Program-made: the position numbers and the translations under genes
Source of the DNA: Octopus vulgaris
Taxonomy: Eukaryota
DNA length: 64,000 bases
Direction of reading: 5' to 3'
Assembly: GCA_951406725.2 (NCBI GenBank)
Contig: OX597827.1
Coordinates: 44,392,001-44,456,000, forward strand
The notes under the pieces: model-generated
What the model saw: only the letters and a program-made list of their open reading frames with translations
Database searches by the model: none
What the model was told of the DNA's origin: nothing
Shown here: one piece after another, positions 56,175 to 64,000 of the stretch
How positions within the stretch are numbered: position 1 is the first letter of the stretch
Layout: each line of letters opens with the position of its first letter

Positions 56175-58660
56175 CAATAATAATCCTTTCTACTCTAGGC
56201 ACAAGGGCTGAAATTTTGAGGAAGGGGGCCAGCCGATTAGATCAACCTCAGTACGCATCTGGTACCTAATTTATCAACCCCGAAAGGATGAAAGGCAAAG
56301 TTGATCTCGGCGGAATTTGAACTCAGAACATAAAGACAGACGAAATACCACTAAGCATTTTGCCCAGTGTGCTAACGTTTCTGCCAGCTTGCCGCCTTTA
56401 TAAAAATAATAATAATAATAATAATAATACTTTCTACTGAAGGCACAAGGCCTGAAATTGGGGGGGGGGGGGACTAGTCAATTAAATCAACCCAGTATTT
56501 CACTACATCTTTGCCAAAGTAAAACGTCCAACTTGATGTTACATGAGGTCTCCAGGTTAGACAAATAAAGCAACAATGTAAATAATATAATAATAATAAT
56601 AATGGTGGTGGTAAATAACTGTATATCACGTCAACAATGACCTTGGAAATATGCCAAATCAGTTAGTCTCAGCTCTAAATTTAGTACCTACCAGAAGATG
56701 GTTTCCTAATAAAACAAATTCACCTAATACAACTACATATACACACACAAACACACATTATTTAAAGTTTAAAATGAAAAACATTCGATGACCAGTCTTC
56801 AAATACATGGGTTGACATGACTTTTGTACAGCTGCAACTTTTGTTATGTAATTCAGACTACAAAATGGCTTGCTGTCTACCATGTTAAGTTAATCAGATA
56901 CCTTCTTCTCTCAACCTGTCACACACCTGCCATCTCATTAACACAAATTGTTCAAGTAGAGCAACGTAATACTGTTTCGCCAATTGTAAGTATTATCTAT
57001 TCCTAGTAATGTTCAGTTTTTATGGATTCTGGAAAGATCAAAAACAAGGTGCCAACCACTATCTCTATTGTGAATGATCTAGACACATCCCTTAAAGGAT
57101 GAAAGGTAGAGTTAGCCTCTGCAAAATTTAGGGAGGGAGCAAGAGAGTTATTCAATTACTTTGACACCCCACCCAGTACTTGATCCCTCAGGGAAACATA
57201 AAACAAAGTTTGACCTCAGCAAGATTTGAACCTAGGATGTAAAATTTGGGAACACTACAAGACATTTTATCCAATTTTAGTGGGTATAAGGTGTTAGTTG
57301 ATTACATCACCCCCAGTAATCAACTGGTATTTGTTTTACTGGCCCTAGAAGCCATGAAAGGTAAAGTTAAACTTGAGAGAATTTGTACTCAGAACATAAA
57401 ACTGGAAGAAATGCTAAAAGGTATTTTGTCTGTCATGCTAACAATTCTGCCAGCTCACTGCTTTTGGATTTTAATTTAGGCATAAAAGGCCAGCAATTTG
57501 GTGAAGGGTAGTTTGATTGCACAGGCCCCAATGAGGTAAAAGGCATTATTGGCTTCAGTCAGATTTGATATCAGAACAGAAATTCAGAAGTAGCAAAAGG
57601 CAATCCCCCCCACCCCCTAATGCTATAACTATGCAGCTTTAATAATAAGAAAAGTGATTTCAAATTTTAGCAAAAAGCCAGCAATTTTAGGGGGCTGGTG
57701 TTAGTCAATTACACTGACCAGAGAGCTGAATTGGTACTTTATTTTAATGATCCCTGAAAAGATGAAAGGCAGAGTTAGCCTCAGCAAGATTTGAACTCAG
57801 AACACAAAGACCCAGGTCAAATACTGTAAAGCATGTTTCTACAGCACTAATGATTCTGTCAATAATAACAATCCATTTTACTATAGGCACAAGGACTGAA
57901 ATTTGGGGTAGGGGAATAGTCGATTACATCAACTCCAGTACTCAACTGGCACTTGATTTATTGACTCCAAAAGGATGAAAGGCAAAGTCAACCCTGGCGA
58001 AATTTGAACTCAGAATGTAAAGACAGATGAAATATTGATAAGCATTTCGCCCAGCATACTAACAATTCTGCCAGCTCACTGCCTTGATAATAATAACAAT
58101 AATGGTCTCAAATTTTGTGTGAGGGATTGAGTTGATTACATCGACCCAGAGCTTAGCTGGTACTTATTTTAGCGACTTCGAAAGGTAAAGTCGACCTCAG
58201 CAGAACTTGAACTCAAAGTTTAGCGGTGGACAAAATGCTGCAAAGCACTTCACCCGGCACATTAACGACTGCCAGTTTTGCCACCTTCGTAATAATAATA
58301 ATTTCTTTCATTATAAAAATAACTTCTGTCAGAGGTCACAAATCTGGGAGTGGGAGTGTAGTCAAGCAATTAAATTAAACTGACCTACATTTTTTTTTTA
58401 TTGTACTGATTTTACCAACTTGGGAGGAACGAGAGGCCAAAACTGACCAAGGTGGGACTTTTTAAACCCAGAACATAAAGGGGCATAACTAAATTAAATA
58501 TCACGGTACTGTGTCCCGGAATTCAACTGATTTCACCACTTACCAAGCCATTTTTCTGATAAAGATAAAAATAATTATTTCTAACATTGGCACGGGGCCC
58601 ACAAAAGTTTCAGGGAAAGTTATAGTCAATTAGAGCAACGCAAGCAGTACTTTATTTTAT
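56175..58660 (-). mobile_element. Cluster of 8 or more SINE family 1 copies and fragments, all antisense
   Basis: Recurrent AAAGGATGAAAGGCAAAGT...ATTTGAACTCAGAA units. Confidence 0.85.
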
Positions 58661-59614
58661 AATGATAATACTAATGGCGGTGGTGGTGGTGGTGGTGGGG
58701 ACGATAATAACTAGGAAAATGATAACAGTTTTATTGCAATATCTCCTTCATTATCTCAGTTCAGTTTTGAAGATAACAGATATGAGAATACAGCTAAAGA
58801 GGAGTGCTGTTGAACAAGTTCTTCTAACCAACAAAAAAATCTCTGGAAACTTCTCCCACCTACAACTACCTAATTCTCTCTCTCCAATATAAATATATCT
58901 CCCTCTACAAAAAGATGCTGCTTCAGGATTTTTTTAAAAATTCTTTATCAGCCCCTCCTCTTCACTAAAATTCTCATGTTTGGCATTAAATCAAACTATT
59001 TTCTTGCTAAGTATCTAAGTTGGTATTTATTCAAAGCACTAGGAATTCTTCTGGGAAAGGAGGGATGGTGGAGGGGAAGGGGCAGAAACACTCGTGGGAG
59101 AATTAAAAGACCAAGACAATATCTAACTATGCCTGAGTGCATATGCATATGAATATATTTGTGCGTGTGTATGTGTATGCACACGTGCATGTGTCTGTGT
59201 GTGTAGATCACACTCCATCCATCCAAATCTAGCATTGGCTGCTTTATACTTTTGCCCAGTTATTATGCTATAGTTCCAATGTTATTATGTAGACAGCAGC
59301 ACAATTCCAGACATTAATTATTACCTTGAATAGCTGCCACAGCTAATAGTGGTGATGACGGATGATAAAGAGAAGTGGGAGGAGGAGAAAGACATCGTTT
59401 CTGCTCAAAAACAATTGCCTAATATGAATTGCCTTATCATTCTTTCCATTCCATTCCTCTTCCTACTTCTTCCTCGCTCCACTATAATAATCGCAAAGAT
59501 TCTTTTTTTTCTTTTCTCCTTGTCAGTAAATCCACAATGCAACAATTTCATGAAGAAATCGGTATTTTAGAATTAATCAAAAATGTAGAAGAAGAAGAGT
59601 ATATATTCATTTAA

Positions 59615-59860
59615 CAAGGAATGTAGCTCGGAGATCAGGGCGTTTCTCCAGGTCAAGTCGCTACTTCTCAGCATCGAGAGGCCACAGCTCTGGTACAACA
59701 GCCATGTGATTAGAATGTTGCAAGAAAGAATCGCAAGATTGATTCTTCAAGCTGAGACAACCAACAGAACTCTTAAGAAAGAGCAGACCAAAAATGAGAT
59801 GCTTTGGTAATATCCATGGTCTTGGTTGGTCGTGCTAAGGAATCCAGCAGGCAAGCGTAA
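59615..59860 (+). mobile_element. Degenerate RTE-clade LINE 3' fragment
   Basis: Translates SSEIRAFLQVKSLLLSIERPQLWYNSHVIRMLQERIARLILQAE, similar to the RTE QLRW.GHV.RM..ER motif. Confidence 0.75.
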
Positions 59861-59954
59861 CAATGGTTGCTTCTGGTAAAATTATATGTAGAAGGTGGCT
59901 GAAGACTCTATCCCTCCTAGAAATAGTACATGTCAAAAAAGGATGGACACAACA

Positions 59955-60751
59955 CTTTTGTTACCATATTTCTGTGGAAATATATTTCAGTTAGTTTTGA
60001 AAATATGATTTCAATATAAAAAATCTGTCGTTATAAAATGGTATTTAGAACATAAATTAACATGAAATTTTAGTGGAACATGTAAATTTACATCACTTTA
60101 AAATAGGCAGTCTGCGACAGGTCAGTATAAAAAGGGTTAACGTACAAAACACTGACATTGCGCCATACACTCACTAGTTCTGTACTGACTTTACACAGTT
60201 CACTGAAATTTGGTGGCACTGATGACACAGGTGGTGATGACACTACTGCTGATTCAGCAAGCTTATGATCAGTGCTGTCCAGACTACTCCACACAAGAGA
60301 CATACACATATTGAGGGCTACATTATTCAATACATTTGTTTTTCCTTTTTTAAAATAAGAGTGTGATTTTGAAGCTCTGGCTTTTCTTGGAGGCTTTACC
60401 ATTCATGAATAGTATTTATACTATTTAGCTAAATGTTGGGGTGTGTGATTTGAGGGAGATCTATTCCAAGGTCAGGCAACTCCATTGGCAGACAATTAAC
60501 CCTTTTGATTCCAATCCATGCATGACTGCCTTTGGTCCTATGATACAAACATCTTGGCTTAAAATGATCTAAATTAAAACCTCCCATCAAAATTTCATGT
60601 TGATTTATGTTCCAAATATCAGATTAATTGATGGCAGTTTTTTTTTTTTTTTTTTTTTTTTTTTTGCAAAATTCTTTATAACTTTAAATATTTTATTGAA
60701 ACACAGAAACAGTAAAATGTCTGACAAAAATATGGTGAGAAAAAGATTAAG
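59955..60751. mobile_element. Two inverted copies of the TTAACCCTTTTG MITE family (~59955-60140 and ~60497-60751)
   Basis: CTTTTGTTACCATATTTCTG...AAAGGGTTAA, then TTAACCCTTTTGATTCC...AAATATGGTGA. Confidence 0.65.
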
Positions 60752-61658
60752 ATGACACCGAAGAGGGGGCGAGATGGGTATCAATCTTCTATGTGCAAGG
60801 TACCAGCTAGTCAATGGACATGATTAGGACAATGCATCCGCAAGAACAACAGAATCACTTGTCACATTTAAGAAACACTAACTGAATAAATTAATTAGCA
60901 ATTAATACTTATTTCTGACAATTCAAATGTATCCTTCCACCCCCATCCCCATCAAAAAAATAAAACAATGTTGGCAAATATTTTTAATTCATATCTTAAT
61001 TATTACATCAATGGATATGTGTTTTCATTCTCAGCAGTTTGTTATTTTCTTTCACTTCAATCAACAATTAATGATTAGAAACACAATAACCAAAAAACAT
61101 TGTGTGTCGCAGATATTAAACTATCTTTGCTGTTTTCTTAACCTCTCTCTCTAATCCTAAGAATTCTCTATGCAACAAGTCAGTGACAGTGGTGTTCTTA
61201 TTTTATACATTTACAAAACCAACAAACATACTATCTTTCTTGGTTGGTTGGTTGGTAGTTATTACATGTTAATTGGCCAATACATGATGATTCAAATACA
61301 AAGTCATTGACACTGATAAATTATTTTTAGTTCACAAAAAGTTGTTTGTTGTTTCACTTCCGTTAACTGCTGATGATGAGAAAGACAAGGACACGAAAAT
61401 CTGAAGTCCAGCTGCAATATTGACTGTTTTAGATACTTTTCTCAATATTTATTTCTAATTTTTTGACTATCTGCAAAAGGTTATTGCCTTCAACAAATAT
61501 TTGTAGTTATTATTATGCTTATAAGATCAACTAATATGTGTCCACCCACCTACCAACCAGCAATGTGGACCACCATTTTCTGAAAAGCTGACTGATATAC
61601 ACTACCTTTGCAGTTAAACTATACAGCAGCATAGACACATTCTCAAACTGTCTCTATA

Positions 61659-61704
<46 letters not shown>

Positions 61705-62881
61705 AAGAGACAATACTTTCCATGGATGTTTTGAGTGACAAGGCAATTTACTTCTAATTTCTCTCAATCTGCTCCTCTCAGCCACCTACAAACACTTTGA
61801 AACCTTTTCCCCTGCTATCTTTACTCTTGTAATGCAGAAAAAATTTATGCCAGGCTACTGCACATCCTCTCCATATTTCAGTCCTTTGGTAGGTAACTAA
61901 AGCCCTTCCCCCTTGTACACACAAAAGTGAATTTCACAAGACCCATCATAAGGCTACCTATCTTGGAGTGAAGTAATTCTGAATATTAGTTGATACACAG
62001 TAGAGAGAACACTTTAGATCTCACATCAGACAACCTATCTAGTACTAATGGCACTCTATAAAGTAGTTAAGAGTGGTGAGAAAAACCAGCCACACAAATG
62101 CTGGCAAAAACATATTAAACAGATATGTAAACTCCAGAAATCACGTAACAGTAAGAATTGCAGCAGAATAGAGTGGATTCCTTGCATTGTGAAAGCTTTC
62201 CTAGTGCTTATGGCAGTCAAAAGTGTCTGGCATACACAGACATGTACAGCTGCAATGTTGCCTGGTTTTTCATTATTGCTGTGAGTGCGAGATGACACAG
62301 ACCATGATGACCCAACCCAACCTATACCAACATGGGAAAATGGATATGAAACGAGGAGGAGGATTGACTACTTTATTGGCACAGACCCATGCAGAGTAAA
62401 CAAGAGTAAACTTATGCCAGCCCAAATACACACACACAGACTGTAAGACTTTAAAAAAATGAATGGTGCAGAATTCAGTGATGTTTTCTCCACCGATTCA
62501 TATATATCTTAAAGCACTTTTTATACAAGGAAGACAGTAAGCAGTCTTCTCTCCAACAATATAAAGATAACTGTGCACATCAAGAAAACAGTACATTACC
62601 TATGAATAACATGCAAATAGATTTGCTCATAGTTACCACAAATACCACGCTTTGTTCTCACTGAGCATCTCTCCTGGCAAACATACACCTTCAAGGTAAC
62701 CCAAACTGCTTTACGATGACTAATTTGGATCCAGAAAATAGTTAAAACCCCAACAAAAACTAACTCTCTACAAAACTCAGGCAAAATTAACAATGGAGTA
62801 TTACTCTCTTCTCTTGGATGGTGCTGCTGTTATCACAGCACAGACATCCTAGGCTGCATTTCACTGAATACCATGAGATTA

Positions 62882-63046
62882 CCATATTTTAACATGTATA
62901 AGGGACCCTTTTTTGTCAAAAATTAGGTTAAAAAAATATGGGAGTATCATATACATGGATAGTATTATGATCCCTAACAAAACCTTTTTTTCAAATTTTA
63001 AGCCCCCCCCCCCATTAGGGGGTTCCTTATACACGTTAAAATATGG
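62882..63046. mobile_element. TA-flanked Tc1/mariner-superfamily MITE
   Basis: TA-CCATATTTTAACATGTATAAGG...CCTTATACACGTTAAAATATGG-TA; ~22-bp TIR with one mismatch. Confidence 0.85.
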
Positions 63047-63788
63047 TACTCACCAATACTACTCTTCCAGCATTACATATTGCTAAGTTGAAAAATAATA
63101 CTCAAATATATGTATATGGTTTTAAGGCTGTTTTCCTGGGAAATTCAAACCCAGATTCAATAAAACTAAATGAGATACAAGCCTTTCTTTGCCCCCTACA
63201 GTGTAGGTTCCTTCCACATAGATCAGATGATGTTTCTTCACCTGAGCAGATTCTTCTCACATCCAGTTTCGCTCTCTATTTGTGCTCTGCCATTCATGCA
63301 CACTAACATTACACATCCAGTGAAGCATGCACACTCAGGTCAACATTGCTTTTACACCCTTCTGAGGCTGATAAAATATGTGCCAGACAAAGAATTATGA
63401 TGGAGGAGGGATTGGGAGGCAAGGGTGACGTCCAATTCCTAAAAGTTGGTGCCACAAAATGGTTGGAGTTCAACAATTGCAAGCAGAATAAAACAATGAA
63501 ATATAAAGTCCCCAAAAGGGATTTTGTCGACACTGGAAGTACTTGAGATTTTTCATATGTTGTGTGTGTGAGAGAGAGATAGGGAGAGAGAGAGAATGAA
63601 GGTGTGCATAATTAATACAAAACTTGCAAGAATTTTTTTAAATATTACTAAATCTAATTCTCATTTACTGGAGTTTGTTAAATTAATATTTACAAATTAA
63701 CAGCATTTAAAAAATAAAAAATTAAACAAATTATGATAGAATACACGGAATGGAATTGCAGTTTTAGGTTTTGCAATGTGTGTATGAG

Positions 63789-63833
<45 letters not shown>

Positions 63834-64000
63834 AGGATAAATGGAAAAAATTCCTCTACTAAATTAATTTATTGCTGGCATAGCAATATTGTGATATTTC
63901 TTTCACTTTTTATTTTTATTTTCTCACTTCTTTCTTAAAGGGAGAAAATTTACCTGAAGGCGGCTGGCCATGTTCATTGATAAATCACATCTTTTTAAGG

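Noticed and set aside
56175-58660. Regularly recurring motifs resembling a CRISPR or satellite array
   Set aside because: Diverged SINE copies in a eukaryotic intron; no constant repeat-spacer structure or cas genes.

Overview
AT-rich, microsatellite- and SINE-laden animal genomic DNA. The repeat families look like those of an octopus or other coleoid cephalopod, which is an inference. The whole window lies inside one minus-strand gene, CtBP (C-terminal binding protein, an NAD(H)-dependent D-2-hydroxyacid-dehydrogenase-fold corepressor). Five canonical coding exons (29375-29218, 21290-21146, 16056-15850, 13574-13476, 11201-11076) splice in frame with GT-AG borders to give [25 protein letters not shown]...GLGRVG...TIKQMRP. 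The true first exon and the C-terminal exons (GAFLVNTARG onward) were not found and presumably lie outside the window. The most notable observation is a pair of paralogous, frame-preserving microexons in the upstream intron that the ORF track misses: 49488-49526 (39 nt, NWTSSINGKSVM) and 40490-40540 (51 nt, NWNASLNGKSIMPYNM). Together with a tandem 3' splice site on the next exon and a cluster of UGCAUG motifs, they suggest a combinatorial splicing switch for the CtBP N-terminus. The introns also hold a ~270-bp near-perfect palindrome, inverted MITE and SINE pairs (candidate ADAR substrates), nested transposon insertions, LINE fragments and a 252-bp tandem duplication.
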